A stretch of 26,836 nt of DNA, taken from Candidatus Sulfobium sp. (GTDB lineage Bacteria; Nitrospirota; Thermodesulfovibrionia; Thermodesulfovibrionales; UBA6898). The stretch spans positions 7,779 to 34,614 of the forward strand of contig JARRRI010000040.1 in the NCBI GenBank assembly GCA_037380845.1, in the 5' to 3' direction. Shown piece after piece: positions 26,821-26,836 of this stretch. The position numbers and the translations under genes are program-made. The notes beneath the pieces were generated by a model, which did not search any database, was not told the origin of the DNA, and saw only the letters and a list, made by a program, of their open reading frames with translations. Positions within the stretch are counted from its first letter, which is position 1. Each line of letters opens with the position of its first letter.

Positions 26821-26836
26821 GTTTCTGATAGTGTAT

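Noticed and set aside
1..26836. CRISPR arrays, tRNA/rRNA, transposases, integrases, and the many antisense/alternate-frame ORFs in the track
   Set aside because: No regularly spaced repeats, cloverleafs or mobile-element proteins seen; overlapping ORFs are shadows of well-supported genes.

Overview
Bacterial chromosomal window. Gene style suggests Nitrospirota/Thermodesulfovibrionia or a similar anaerobe (inference only). From left to right: a partial TMTC-like membrane glycosyltransferase and a DUF2318-like Fe-S lipoprotein (minus strand); an accessory redox locus (plus strand); a YejM/PbgA-like sulfatase-fold protein; thrS-infC-rpmI-rplT-pheS-pheT, with pheT broken; copZ and a homocitrate-synthase-like gene; fabG-acpP-fabF-rnc; an MscS channel; an ABC-2 exporter; and a four-gene group 3b [NiFe] (sulf)hydrogenase. 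The main find is the redox locus at 1124-4976. The ORFs at 1633-1833 and 1852-2991 appear to be one 452-aa, 11-heme exported cytochrome c with an in-frame UGA followed directly by a SECIS-like hairpin, i.e. a probable selenoprotein. It is followed by two exported tandem rhodaneses, one with the catalytic Cys and one with Ser. It is preceded by a CxxC/RPP leader ORF resembling metal-sensing ribosome-stalling peptides. Two unannotated, strand-specific structured RNA candidates lie at about 7244-7522 and 26632-26760.
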